Below are positions 1 to 10,199 of a stretch of 64,000 bases of DNA, piece by piece; position 1 is the first letter of the stretch, and every line of letters starts with the position of its first letter. A program made the position numbers and the translations under genes. Where the stretch lies: positions 1 through 64,000 of the forward strand of contig JBEIPA010000017.1 of the NCBI GenBank assembly GCA_040377305.1, read 5' to 3'. The notes beneath the pieces are model-generated. The model did not search any database, was not told the origin of the DNA, and saw only the letters and a list, made by a program, of their open reading frames with translations. This DNA is from Flavobacteriales bacterium. GTDB taxonomy: Bacteria; Bacteroidota; Bacteroidia; Palsa-965.

Positions 1-1625
1 CTTACCTGTGGACTCCGGGCAACCTCACCAACGCAACCGAACCAGGATTGCCGCAAGGAACTTACGTATGCGTTGTAACCGACGGTAACATGTGTACCGC
101 TTCTGCAACTACGACTATTACAGAACCAACTGCGATTGTTATTACTACATCAGCAGTTGACGCACATTGTAACCAAAGCGATGGATCGGTTTCTTCAAAC
201 GCAACAGGCGGAACAGGATTGATCGATTATCAATGGACAAACGCGGGTGGACCTGCAACGTTCGACTGGAACAACATTCCTTCCGGAACATATTCTGTAA
301 CTGTAACTGATGCAAACGGATGTACAGCAAGTGCAACTCAGGTGGTACAAAACCTCAATGGTGTTACTGTAACGTTGAACACATCAACAAACCTCACGTG
401 CTTCAACAGCGGTGATGGATTCATCGATGTTGATGCAGCTGGCGGAATCAATCCTTACACCTATTCATGGAATCCGAATTCAACAGTTACAACGGATACA
501 GCTTCAGGACTTTCTGCAGGTCAGTACACCATAACGGTAACCGATGCATCAGGATGTACTTCAACTGTAAACGTGTTGCTCACCGAACCTTCCATGCTCA
601 CACTGCAGGCAAGTGCAAACCCAACAGCAGTTTGCGAAGGATCACCGGTTCAGTTGAGTTGTAACGCAGGAGGTGGAACTCCGGGTTACACGTACGATTG
701 GAATCCAGGTGCGATGAGTGGTCAAACACAGAATATCACACCTGCTGCAACCACTACGTATACTGCAACTGTAACAGATGCTAACGGATGCACGGCAACA
801 TCACCAATATTGGTAACCGTAAATCCAATGCCGGTGCCACTCTTCGCAGGAGATGTGTTGCAAGGCTGCTCACCGGTGTGTGTCAACTTCTCTGATCTAA
901 CAACTGTAGCTTCAGGAACAATCACCGGCTGGTCGTGGGATTTTGGTGACAACACAACATCTACACAGCAGAACCCACCACAACATTGCTACACAACACC
1001 TGGTGTTTATACGGTGATTCTTACTGTCACTACAAACTCCGGATGTACGCAAACAATCACGATGGCGAACTACATTATCGTATTCGCAAATCCGATTGCA
1101 GCATTTGGTGCGGGTCCGCAGCCTACAACCATTCTGAATCCGACAATTCAGTTTACAGATTCATCGTACCTCGCAGCATCGTGGTTGTGGAGTTTTGGAG
1201 ATCTCCTCGGATCTTCTTCTACCGATCAGCACCCTTCGTTCACGTATCCGGAACCAGCGTGTTACGTGGTCGAGTTGGAAGTAACATCGCCTGACGGATG
1301 TGTAGACGTGACAACAGACACGGTGTGTATCGGTCCTGATGTTTCAATTTACGTTCCGAACACATTCACTCCGGATGATAATGGATTGAACGACGTATTC
1401 AATGTAGTATCAGTTGGAATCGATCCGAATGAATTTGAGATGTGGATCTTCGATCGTTGGGGTAATATGATTTTCTATACCGACGATCTTGATGAAGGTT
1501 GGGATGGACGTGTTCAAGGGGCATCCGCAATCTGTCAGATCGATACGTATGTATGGAAGATCAAATGCAAAGACTTGATTGGTAACAAACACAATCTCAT
1601 TGGTCACGTCAACCTGATCAAGTAA
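1..1625 (+). CDS. SprB-repeat/PKD adhesin with T9SS type B (gliding-motility-associated) C-terminal domain, 5'-truncated by the window edge
   Basis: Frame is open from position 3 (YLWTPGNL...). Contains repeated YxVTVTDANGC units, two PKD domains (WSWDFGD, WSFGD) and the CTD YVPNTFTPDDNGLND...IFDRWG...GHVNLIK. Confidence 0.9.
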   Translation, partial: YLWTPGNLTNATEPGLPQGTYVCVVTDGNMCTASATTTITEPTAIVITTSAVDAHCNQSDGSVSSNATGGTGLIDYQWTNAGGPATFDWNNIPSGTYSVTVTDANGCTASATQVVQNLNGVTVTLNTSTNLTCFNSGDGFIDVDAAGGINPYTYSWNPNSTVTTDTASGLSAGQYTITVTDASGCTSTVNVLLTEPSMLTLQASANPTAVCEGSPVQLSCNAGGGTPGYTYDWNPGAMSGQTQNITPAATTTYTATVTDANGCTATSPILVTVNPMPVPLFAGDVLQGCSPVCVNFSDLTTVASGTITGWSWDFGDNTTSTQQNPPQHCYTTPGVYTVILTVTTNSGCTQTITMANYIIVFANPIAAFGAGPQPTTILNPTIQFTDSSYLAASWLWSFGDLLGSSSTDQHPSFTYPEPACYVVELEVTSPDGCVDVTTDTVCIGPDVSIYVPNTFTPDDNGLNDVFNVVSVGIDPNEFEMWIFDRWGNMIFYTDDLDEGWDGRVQGASAICQIDTYVWKIKCKDLIGNKHNLIGHVNLIK

Positions 1626-1645
1626 GACTCAACAAAAAATAAAAA

Positions 1646-1680
1646 GTGATCCCGGAAAGTTCTTCCGGGATTATTTTTTT
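1646..1680 (+). terminator. Intrinsic terminator
   Basis: ATCCCGGAA-agttc-TTCCGGGAT stem followed by TATTTTTTT, about 20 nt after the stop codon. Confidence 0.85.
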
Positions 1681-2077
1681 AAACACTTCCGGTAATTTCC
1701 ATTCACCCTGAAGGAAAGAACAACGAATACATATTCTCAGCTACAGTCGTGGGCCGTACTAAATATTAACTACGCTAATCACACTTGCGCAGAAACATTT
1801 CCAGGCGCAGAGAAAAAAACGTGGGGTCATAATGAAGTGCCCATGCATGCATGCTTCCTTCCTGTTCGGCCTGCAACCAGATGCTCAAATGCTTCAGAAC
1901 CACCCCCTCGGATCGACATTTTTAGCCGGTTTTCTTTTAAAAATGGCTAAATTTTAATAAAAATGCATGTTGATAGAATGAGCATACCTAATACTTTGAA
2001 AAGCAGAGGGTTTGTACTAAATTGCTATCGGCAATTACGAATACCTGATTTCACACACTTATTAATTCTGGAGTAAC

Positions 2078-5000
2078 ATGAGGCTAGTTGTACGAATCTC
2101 CCTGTTGTTCGCGTCTATCACTGCTGGAATATCACTTTCCGCACAGATCTCGCAACAATCTGCACCATCACAATCATTGCAGAATCCATGTCCCGGTGTT
2201 CCCGGTGCATGTGGTTATGCAAACACCACTCCATCTGTTCAGAGTAGCGGCGGTCCGCAAACTCCACAGAACGGAAACGGAACACTGGGTTTGATTTTCG
2301 ATATGCAGAAATGCGGACTCGATTATACCGCAGCAACTCACCGTCTTGGTAAGCGTTTTACTCCGCAAGGGATTAATCAGCCAGCTCCATTTGTAATTGG
2401 TGGTATTCCTGCTTGCGCTGTTATCGAACGTGCTTACTTATGGGCGGAAGGTTCCGGTAATGGTGCCGCACAAACTGCTACAGTAGCGGGTCCATTCGGT
2501 ACACAAGCTTTCCCAATGACCATAGTTGGACAAGGAATGGATAAGTGTTGGGGTTATTCCGGTACATATACCTATCGTGCTGACGTAACTGCCGTGGTTG
2601 GTGGTAACGGAACTTATAACATCAGCGGTATTCTTACCAATCCTCCGACGGCGGGTAACGACATGGACGGCGCAACACTTGTTGTTGTGTGGTCACTTCC
2701 TTCGGCTACATGGGCAGGACGTCTTGTAATTTCTGACGGCGCAATTATTGTCAATGGTGGTGTTGCCAACTACAACATTCCACTGAATCCTGCTGTATGC
2801 GGAGCGACAACAAACGCGCGTGCATTTCTTGGTGTTGGTGATATTCAGTTTAACCCAGGCTCATGGACTGCAAACGGATCACCAATTCCTTTAACATGGA
2901 ACTGGTGGAATTTTGAGCAAGTAAACACCACTGTTCCAACCGGAGCAACTTCATCCGGAAACTTTAACGTTAACACCGGTGGTGATTGCTTCAACCTTTG
3001 TATTGCTGGTTTGTATTTCAGAACTACTACGTGTACTTCTTGTCCTACATCTGCAGCGATGACTGCAACATTCTCACAAACGAATGCAACATGTTCGAAC
3101 TGTAATGGGACTGCAACAATCACCAATGTGACGGGAGGAACAGGACCATACACCTATGTTTGGAATACAGTTCCTGTCCAAAATACAGCTACAGCAACAG
3201 GACTTTGCGCAGGAACATACGTGTGTACAATCACATCTGCCAACGGATGTATGACCACAACTCAAACCGTTACGATCACAACTGCGGGTGGAGGCTTGAC
3301 CATTGCTAACGCACCTTTCACTAACGTATCGTGCGCAGGAGGTAGTGACGGATCTATTACTGCTACATCAACGGGAGGTACGGGACCATTTACGTTTACC
3401 TGGAATCCTGCGGTACCAAATAACACAGTTGGTAATACAAGCACAGCAAACAATCTTGCAGTAGGAACCTACATTGTAACGGTAACAGATGCCGCCGGAT
3501 GTACGGGTCAGCAAACATTCACGATCACCGCTCCGCCAGCTGTTGCTACAACACTCACAACGAGCAACGTATTGTGTAATGGAGGCAACACCGGTTCTGC
3601 AGCAATCACAGGTTCAGGTGGTGTAGGTCCTTATACTTTTGCGTGGAATCCAGCGGCAACAAATTCAACTGCAGGAAACACAAATACAGGTACAGGATTA
3701 ACCGCGCAGACTTATAACGTAACTGTAACTGACGCGAACAATTGCAGCACAACGCAAGTCGTTACTATTACAGAACCAACTTTGTTTGTTGCAACCGCAA
3801 TATCAACAGCGTCGGCATGTAATCAGGCTAACGGTAGTATTACTGCAACTACTACAGGAGGAACTGGTATTCCGACTTACGTTTGGACTCCGGGGAACTA
3901 TACGTCGGCATTCGTTAACAACGTAGCATCGGGTACTTATAATGTGATTGCTACAGATGCGAACGGATGTACATCAGCGGCAAGCACAACTGTTGCACCG
4001 TCTGCGAACATGACGGTTACACAAACTTCTACAGACTTGTTATGTTTCCAGGATAACTCCGGAACTGCAAGTATCACTGTAACCGGAAATACAGGTCCTG
4101 TTACTTATACATGGACTCCAAATGTGTCGACTACAAACTCCGCAACGGGACTAGCAGCAGGAACGTATATCGTTGATGCTTCTGATCCGAATGGATGTTC
4201 AACTTCGTCTACCATTGTGATCACAGAGCCACCACAGCTTACAGCTACAGTTGGTGGATTCAACGTAACCTGCTTCGGTGCATGCGACGGACAGATTGTT
4301 GTAATCCCGGCTGGCGGAACAGGAAACTACTCCTTCGCGTGGAGCAACCTGTGTAACCAGCCGAGCTGTAACAGCATTTGCGCGGGAACATATAACGTGA
4401 CAGTTACTGACCAGAATGGTTGCTCTGCAACAGGTGGTACAACAGTTACTGAACCACCACAAATTGTGATGACAACTTCATACGACACTGCACACTGCGG
4501 ACAAGCGGATGGGAATGCGTATGTAACTGCAACAGGTGGAACAGGTAACCTTTCTTACAACTGGATCAACCCTCCAACAGCAGGCGGAACATTATCGAAT
4601 GTTACCGGGGGAACTTACCAGTGTATTGTTACCGATGGTAATAACTGCGCAGACACTGCAACAGTAAACGTAATCAACCAGGCAGGTGTAATCGCAACAA
4701 TGGGTGCTCAGGTACCTGTTTCATGCTTCGGCGGAAATAACGGAAGTGTTACCGCAACTTATGCTGGCGGTAATGGTCCATACACTTACAACTGGAATAC
4801 AGTGCCAGCACAAACAACTCCGAACGCAACAGGGTTGTCTGCCGGCGCTTATACGGTAACGGCAACGGATGCGGATGGATGTACTTCTTCAGCAAACATT
4901 GTGATCACTGAACCACCACAGCTTGTAATTGGTGCAAGTGCTGCTCCTGCCGCGGTATGTGCAGGACAACCAGTAACACTTACAGGAACTGCATCTGGCG

Positions 5001-5947
5001 GTACAGCTGCGTATAATTATGTTTGGATGCCAGGTAACGTGAACGGTGCAACGCAAACATTCATTCCACCTATCTCGGGCACAGGAACAGTTATTGTGAC
5101 TGATGCAAACGGTTGTATTGACAGTGCGTCAACTGCATTCACTGTGAATCCAAATCCGGTGGCAGCATTCATGGGCGATTCGTTGTTCGGTTGTGCTCCA
5201 CTCTGTGTGAACTTCTCCGATCTGACTACAATACCAACCGGCACGATAACAGGATGGTCGTGGGATTTCGGTGATGGTAATACAGCAACAACTCAGGACC
5301 CAAGTCACTGTTACTTCATCTCGGGCGTGTACACCGTTTCATTAACCGTTACATCGAACGCAGGTTGTGTGAACACACTGGTGATGAATAATTACGTTGA
5401 CGTGTTTGGAATCCCAACAGCAGCGTTCACAGCGAATCCACAGCCAACTACAATTCTGAATCCGATTATTTACTTCACAGACATGTCGGTTGGAGCAGTA
5501 ACGTGGGATTGGAGCTTCGGTGATTTAACACCGTCAACTGCTCAGGTACAGAATCCATTCTTCGAATATCCAACTCCAGGATGTTATGATGTAGTGCTTG
5601 AAGTTTCATCGATCAATGGTTGCACGGACACAACTACAGAAGAAGTTTGTATTGATCCGGATGTTTCAATCTATGTTCCGAATACATTCACACCGAACGA
5701 AGATGGATTGAATGATCTCTTCTTCGCACAAGGACTCGGAATTGATCCTGACAACTTCGAGTTGTGGGTATTCGATCGTTGGGGTAACCTGATTTTCTAC
5801 ACAGACGACATGAACGAAGGATGGAATGGGAAAGTTCAGGGTCACACCGAATATTGCCAGGAAGACACTTACGTTTGGAAGATCCGTTGCAGAGATATGC
5901 TGGAGAAGAAACACAGCCTCATCGGGCACGTGAATCTGATCCGATAA
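2078..5947 (+). CDS. SprB-repeat/PKD adhesin with T9SS type B CTD
   Basis: Signal peptide ending SAQ, a distinct N-terminal domain, about 9 SprB-like repeats (TDxxGC), two PKD domains and the CTD YVPNTFTPNEDGLND...FDRWG. Confidence 0.9.
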   Translation: MRLVVRISLLFASITAGISLSAQISQQSAPSQSLQNPCPGVPGACGYANTTPSVQSSGGPQTPQNGNGTLGLIFDMQKCGLDYTAATHRLGKRFTPQGINQPAPFVIGGIPACAVIERAYLWAEGSGNGAAQTATVAGPFGTQAFPMTIVGQGMDKCWGYSGTYTYRADVTAVVGGNGTYNISGILTNPPTAGNDMDGATLVVVWSLPSATWAGRLVISDGAIIVNGGVANYNIPLNPAVCGATTNARAFLGVGDIQFNPGSWTANGSPIPLTWNWWNFEQVNTTVPTGATSSGNFNVNTGGDCFNLCIAGLYFRTTTCTSCPTSAAMTATFSQTNATCSNCNGTATITNVTGGTGPYTYVWNTVPVQNTATATGLCAGTYVCTITSANGCMTTTQTVTITTAGGGLTIANAPFTNVSCAGGSDGSITATSTGGTGPFTFTWNPAVPNNTVGNTSTANNLAVGTYIVTVTDAAGCTGQQTFTITAPPAVATTLTTSNVLCNGGNTGSAAITGSGGVGPYTFAWNPAATNSTAGNTNTGTGLTAQTYNVTVTDANNCSTTQVVTITEPTLFVATAISTASACNQANGSITATTTGGTGIPTYVWTPGNYTSAFVNNVASGTYNVIATDANGCTSAASTTVAPSANMTVTQTSTDLLCFQDNSGTASITVTGNTGPVTYTWTPNVSTTNSATGLAAGTYIVDASDPNGCSTSSTIVITEPPQLTATVGGFNVTCFGACDGQIVVIPAGGTGNYSFAWSNLCNQPSCNSICAGTYNVTVTDQNGCSATGGTTVTEPPQIVMTTSYDTAHCGQADGNAYVTATGGTGNLSYNWINPPTAGGTLSNVTGGTYQCIVTDGNNCADTATVNVINQAGVIATMGAQVPVSCFGGNNGSVTATYAGGNGPYTYNWNTVPAQTTPNATGLSAGAYTVTATDADGCTSSANIVITEPPQLVIGASAAPAAVCAGQPVTLTGTASGGTAAYNYVWMPGNVNGATQTFIPPISGTGTVIVTDANGCIDSASTAFTVNPNPVAAFMGDSLFGCAPLCVNFSDLTTIPTGTITGWSWDFGDGNTATTQDPSHCYFISGVYTVSLTVTSNAGCVNTLVMNNYVDVFGIPTAAFTANPQPTTILNPIIYFTDMSVGAVTWDWSFGDLTPSTAQVQNPFFEYPTPGCYDVVLEVSSINGCTDTTTEEVCIDPDVSIYVPNTFTPNEDGLNDLFFAQGLGIDPDNFELWVFDRWGNLIFYTDDMNEGWNGKVQGHTEYCQEDTYVWKIRCRDMLEKKHSLIGHVNLIR

Positions 5948-5968
5948 AAAATTGTTGAGCAGACCATG

Positions 5969-6000
5969 AAGCCGGTTAGTTAATTCTGACCGGCTTTTTT
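5969..6000 (+). terminator. Intrinsic terminator between convergent genes
   Basis: AAGCCGGTTAG-ttaatt-CTGACCGGCTT followed by a T-run. Confidence 0.85.
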
Positions 6001-6397
6001 ATTTGATCACGTTTCTTCTCTGGTCAACCCACACAACAAAGAAGATGATCACGTTGAACAGTGGAAGCCAGGCGCCAGGTTGTATTGTTGCATCTACACC
6101 CAAATGCCCAACAGCTGTGTAAGTAAACGACAACCATAGAACAATTCCAGCATACGTTCCAGACAGAACAACGGCACTTGCTATGAGCTTTGATTGAAGT
6201 TGCACCTTCTTATTCAGCATGTCGATTACCACGGCAAATACACCCAGTCCAACCTGTATCAGAAAAAAATAAATCGGAGCGGAGTGAAGGTAAATGCTGT
6301 CTTCCATTCCGGTTGTTGTTATCTCCAGGAGTGGAAAGAAAATCAGCAATGCAGTTACAACATTAACCGCACTAAGCGCAAGTGTTCGCCAAACCAT
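5999..6397 (-). CDS. Membrane protein, probable divergent DUF4293 paralogue
   Basis: Four hydrophobic segments; aligns by eye with the neighbouring gene (QV..LQxKL..PG). Confidence 0.6.
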   Translation of the reverse strand: MVWRTLALSAVNVVTALLIFFPLLEITTTGMEDSIYLHSAPIYFFLIQVGLGVFAVVIDMLNKKVQLQSKLIASAVVLSGTYAGIVLWLSFTYTAVGHLGVDATIQPGAWLPLFNVIIFFVVWVDQRRNVIK

Positions 6398-6400
6398 ACA

Positions 6401-6826
6401 TTATCGAATGCGATCTGCTGACTTCACCATGTTCTCGTCACGATGAATAAAATTTCTCGCTAACAGAAACAGCACAGGATTAGCTAATGAAATATAAGTC
6501 CCTGGCTCCAGCGTCCACGAGGCTCCGGGTGGGGAAAATATGCTGTTGTATGCAAGCAATAAAGTGAACAGTAAAGACAGACCGGCGCCCACCAGACACA
6601 ATTTCATTTGCAATGGTCGATTGCGAAACATCACCATAATGAAAGCCGCCAGCACACACAAAATAACTTGTGCAACGAGCAATGCCGGATTATCAAAAAG
6701 CGTGTAGGAATACGATGAAACAGGCATTTCCACTACCGGCGTCATTGATATATATGGAACAAACAGCAGTACGACTAGTACGATGTCGACCAGGAAAAGA
6801 AACACAGATTGAATACGTTGTATCAT
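6401..6826 (-). CDS. DUF4293 family membrane protein
   Basis: Characteristic MIQRIQSVFL start and DE.MVKSADRIR end; the family often lies next to rho in Bacteroidota. Confidence 0.85.
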   Translation of the reverse strand: MIQRIQSVFLFLVDIVLVVLLFVPYISMTPVVEMPVSSYSYTLFDNPALLVAQVILCVLAAFIMVMFRNRPLQMKLCLVGAGLSLLFTLLLAYNSIFSPPGASWTLEPGTYISLANPVLFLLARNFIHRDENMVKSADRIR

Positions 6827-6934
6827 GGAAAAAGGCTTTCCACAAAATTGGTGATTCCATTGTGAAATCTATCTGTCAATTTTGCCTAAGCGTCGAAAAA
6901 ATACATCAAAAAGGACATTTTTTGAGCCATTTGA

Positions 6935-6964
6935 TTTGGAAACAAGGATTCTTCGTATACTTGC
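6935..6964 (+). promoter_or_regulatory. Probable Bacteroidota sigma-A promoter of rho
   Basis: TTTG at 6935 and TATACTTG at 6956, a variant of the -7 element TAnnTTTG. Confidence 0.5.
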
Positions 6965-7177
6965 AGAGCACTTCAATCATGAACAGTTTTAGTTCAAAGC
7001 TGTTTTTCCCAGATTAAAGTTCTCAGTACAAATTTCTAAAAACACAATTCATAACTAAGTGCTTTGGCGGTTTCATTCCGCACTTGTGATCATAATCCAA
7101 GACCCTTCAACAAAGCCAAATTCCCCTTCGGAAACACAAAGCTTCAAAAGCATTCTTAAAAGACTTAATCAAAAATC

Positions 7178-8998
7178 ATGTACGACATTGTTGCATTAAA
7201 ATCCAAGCTCGTTGGTGAGCTTCGTGAAATTGCTAAAGACCTAAACATCCCGAAGCACGAAGCGATGAAGAAAGAAGACCTCGTGTACCAGATTCTGGAT
7301 GCACAGGCCGCAAGCGCAGCTAAAAAATCATCGGGCGACGGAGAAGAAAAAACAAAACGTCCACGCGGTAAAGGAAAAGTGGCTGAAGAACCAACAGACC
7401 TCTTCAAAGTATCGGGCGAGCCAGATACACGTTTCGTAACAATAGAAAACGAGAAGAAAGAAGAAACTCCGGCTCCAACTCCGGCTCCAACCCCTTCTGT
7501 AACTCCTGCTCCGCAACAACAGAATACTCCACCACAACAACAGGGCGATCGTCGTCAGCACAATAACCCGCAAGGTGGACAACAGCAACGCCGCCCTTTC
7601 AATCAGAATCCAAATCAGAAGCCATTCCAGCCGCGCCAACAGAATCAGGTTCCGCCACAGAATGCGCCAGGATATACACAACCACCCGCTTTTGTTCAAG
7701 GACAAAATAATGGCGGACCAAACGCAAACAGCGGAAATCAGAATACCGGAAATCAGAATAATGGTAACCAGAATACCGGCAACCAGAACACGGGTAACCA
7801 AAACAACGGCAACCAACAGCCGCGTCAGAATTTCACACCGCGTCAGCCAGTCGAAGAAATGTACAACTTCGATAATGTTGTAACCGCAGAAGGTGTTCTT
7901 GAAATTATGCCTGATGGATACGGATTTCTGCGTTCATCAGATTACAATTACCTCAACTCTCCCGATGACGTTTACGTTTCTCAGTCGCAAATCAAATTAT
8001 TTGGTTTGAAGACCGGTGATACTGTTCGCGGTGGAATCCGTCCTCCGAAAGAAGGCGAAAAATATTTCCCATTGGTAAAAGTGGAGAAAATCAATGGGCG
8101 TGATCCTGCGTATGTACGCGATCGTGTTCCTTTCGATTTCTTAACGCCGCTTTTTCCGAAAGAAAAATTCAATCTCGTTGCCGGAAGCAATATTAAAATG
8201 AAGGCGCCAATGTCTATGCGCATCATGGATATGTTTACGCCAATCGGCAAAGGTCAGCGTGGATTGATCGTTGCACAACCGAAGACCGGTAAAACAATCC
8301 TATTGAAAGAAGTTGCAAACGCAATTGCTGATCAGCATCCGGAAGCTTACCTGATGATTCTTCTGATTGACGAACGTCCGGAAGAAGTTACAGACATGGC
8401 GCGTTCAGTGCGTGCAGAAGTTATTGCTTCTACATTCGATGAACCTGCTGACCGTCACGTGAAAATCGCCAACATCGTTCTTGAAAAAGCAAAACGTATG
8501 GTGGAGTGCGGACACGATGTTGTCATCCTCCTCGACTCTATCACTCGTCTTGCACGTGCCTATAACACAGTTCAGCCTGCTTCCGGAAAAGTTCTTTCGG
8601 GTGGTGTAGATGCGAATGCGCTTCAGAAGCCAAAACGTTTCTTCGGTGCTGCGCGTAAAATTGAGAACGGCGGTTCACTCACGATTCTTGCAACTGCATT
8701 GATCGACACGGGTTCGAAAATGGACGAAGTAATCTTCGAAGAATTTAAAGGAACCGGTAACATGGAATTGCAGCTCGATCGCAAACTCGCGAACAAGCGT
8801 GTGTTCCCTGCAATCGATCTCGTTTCATCGTCAACGCGTCGCGACGATTTGCTGTTGCACAAAGACATGCTACAGCGTATCTGGGTGTTGCGTAATCACC
8901 TTGCAGATATGAATCCACAGGAAGCAATGGATTTCCTGAAGGATCGTATGAAGAATACGCAAAGCAATGAGGAGTTCCTCGTTTCAATGAACGGGTAA
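7178..8998 (+). CDS. rho: Transcription termination factor Rho with a long disordered insertion
   Basis: Rho_N helix bundle, [11 protein letters not shown]-binding motif, [18 protein letters not shown]-loop, [11 protein letters not shown] and [11 protein letters not shown]. Confidence 0.98.
   Translation: MYDIVALKSKLVGELREIAKDLNIPKHEAMKKEDLVYQILDAQAASAAKKSSGDGEEKTKRPRGKGKVAEEPTDLFKVSGEPDTRFVTIENEKKEETPAPTPAPTPSVTPAPQQQNTPPQQQGDRRQHNNPQGGQQQRRPFNQNPNQKPFQPRQQNQVPPQNAPGYTQPPAFVQGQNNGGPNANSGNQNTGNQNNGNQNTGNQNTGNQNNGNQQPRQNFTPRQPVEEMYNFDNVVTAEGVLEIMPDGYGFLRSSDYNYLNSPDDVYVSQSQIKLFGLKTGDTVRGGIRPPKEGEKYFPLVKVEKINGRDPAYVRDRVPFDFLTPLFPKEKFNLVAGSNIKMKAPMSMRIMDMFTPIGKGQRGLIVAQPKTGKTILLKEVANAIADQHPEAYLMILLIDERPEEVTDMARSVRAEVIASTFDEPADRHVKIANIVLEKAKRMVECGHDVVILLDSITRLARAYNTVQPASGKVLSGGVDANALQKPKRFFGAARKIENGGSLTILATALIDTGSKMDEVIFEEFKGTGNMELQLDRKLANKRVFPAIDLVSSSTRRDDLLLHKDMLQRIWVLRNHLADMNPQEAMDFLKDRMKNTQSNEEFLVSMNG
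7733..7819 (+). repeat. 15-bp tandem repeat encoding GNQN(T/N) five times plus GNQQ, inside rho
   Basis: GGA AAT CAG AAT ACC / GGA AAT CAG AAT AAT / GGT AAC CAG AAT ACC / GGC AAC CAG AAC ACG / GGT AAC CAA AAC AAC / GGC AAC CAA CAG. Confidence 0.9.
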
Positions 8999-9477
8999 TG
9001 AAAATAGCTTTGCTCACAGGTTTAGGTGCAGGAATCCTTTGCGGGTACCTGCACTTTGCTGCTCTTACGGGGATGGCAGAGATCGGGGGATTTCTTTACT
9101 ACGCTCCATTGTTCGTCTACTTCGGTGCGATTTATTTCAGCATCAAACGCAATGCTACAGTCAATCACAACAACCAGATTGAATTCAAGCAAGCTTTGAA
9201 ATATGGTGGAGTTACAGCCTTGATTGTATGTCTTGGAATTTTGATCGGATTCTTTGTTGGATTAACTCACACTGATGTGAATGCCCAATTCAAGGATATG
9301 ATAGCAAACAAGATGAGTAAGGAAGATATTGCTTTTATTCTGAAGAGTACGACGAAGCAGGTTATGTTTGATCGCGCGAAATTTTTCACTTATCCCTATT
9401 TCCTTCTTGGATTTGTGATGACGTTGGGTGCTTCGTTTGTGGTTAAGCTATTTCAGGCGAAGAGAGCGAATCAGTAA
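8998..9477 (+). CDS. DUF4199-like membrane protein, translationally coupled to rho
   Basis: TAATG stop/start overlap, four hydrophobic segments and an FKQALKYG motif. Confidence 0.65.
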   Translation: MKIALLTGLGAGILCGYLHFAALTGMAEIGGFLYYAPLFVYFGAIYFSIKRNATVNHNNQIEFKQALKYGGVTALIVCLGILIGFFVGLTHTDVNAQFKDMIANKMSKEDIAFILKSTTKQVMFDRAKFFTYPYFLLGFVMTLGASFVVKLFQAKRANQ

Positions 9478-9480
9478 ATT

Positions 9481-9536
9481 TCTCTGCGGTCCTCTGCTCC
9501 CGATAGCTTTCGGGATTAGCGTCTTTGCAGTGAAAT
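9481..9536. repeat. Short REP-like intergenic element (CTCTGC units around a TCCCGA-tagctt-TCGGGA palindrome)
   Basis: tctctgcggtcctctgc-TCCCGAtagcttTCGGGA-ttagcgtctttgcagtgaaat. Confidence 0.45.
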
Positions 9537-9595
9537 GACCAAGATGATCATGGGTTCTCAGAACAAAGCCAGGATCTTGTACTCAGGAAACAGAA

Positions 9596-9679
9596 AGTGT
9601 ACTCGCAACCTCCGCAAAATCCACTCCATCAAAATTTCCGCTCGTCATAAACAACAATACACTGTTGTTCCAGTGCGGG
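9596..9679. repeat. Direct repeat copy 1: displaced duplicate of the mpl 3' end
   Basis: Matches 10215-10299 with 2 substitutions and one 1-nt indel. Confidence 0.95.
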
Positions 9680-9743
9680 AACATAAGGCTTGATTTATTC
9701 CCTATAGTTACACCGCAAGTCAATTTTTCGTAATTTTAGTAAC

Positions 9744-9938
9744 ATGAAAGGTGTTAACTACATTTTCGACAGTCGAAATCGGATCAAAGCCGTACAGATT
9801 GACATAAAAACGATCGAAAAACACGAGGAGAAAATTGAAGATCTTCTCGATGCGATTATCGCAGAGTCACGCAAAGACGAACCTAAACGTTCCTGGGCTG
9901 ATGTAAAAAAGTCCCTGAAGCAAAAAGGTAAAATCTAA
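9744..9938 (+). CDS. Putative type II antitoxin
   Basis: 64-aa ORF abutting a RelE-type gene, with an acidic EDLLD...SWADVKK C-terminus. Confidence 0.75.
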   Translation: MKGVNYIFDSRNRIKAVQIDIKTIEKHEEKIEDLLDAIIAESRKDEPKRSWADVKKSLKQKGKI

Positions 9939-10199
9939 ATGTATCGGATTCAGTTCAGCCGTTCCGCGGAAAAGGAATTGCATGCTCTCCCCTCTAACGT
10001 CACGAAAAGGGTAGTTAAGGTAATTGATCAACTTGAAAGCAATCCTCGTCCATCAGGCTGTAAAAAACTAAAAGGAACTTCTGAAGCACTTTGGCGCATT
10101 CGGGTTGGCGACTATCGTATCGTTTACTCAATCGAAGATGTTCTACTCATTGTTGACATCCGAAAAGTAGGTCATCGAAAAGATATCTACGAAAAGTGA
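9939..10199 (+). CDS. relE: RelE/ParE family type II toxin
   Basis: YRIQFSRSAEKEL...NPRPSGCKKLKG...WRIRVGDYRIVY...KVGHRKDIY. Confidence 0.93.
   Translation: MYRIQFSRSAEKELHALPSNVTKRVVKVIDQLESNPRPSGCKKLKGTSEALWRIRVGDYRIVYSIEDVLLIVDIRKVGHRKDIYEK

Noticed and set aside
2016-2040. ACTAAATTG...GGCAA(A)TTA shared with 56085-56108 as a possible adhesin-specific motif
   Set aside because: It is adequately explained as a variant -7 promoter element (TTTG lies 19 bp upstream at 1995), and two sites are too few to claim more.
7328-7883. Overlapping ORFs 7328-7816(-) and 7575-7883(+) inside rho
   Set aside because: They are by-products of the low-complexity Q/N/P codons, with no independent evidence.
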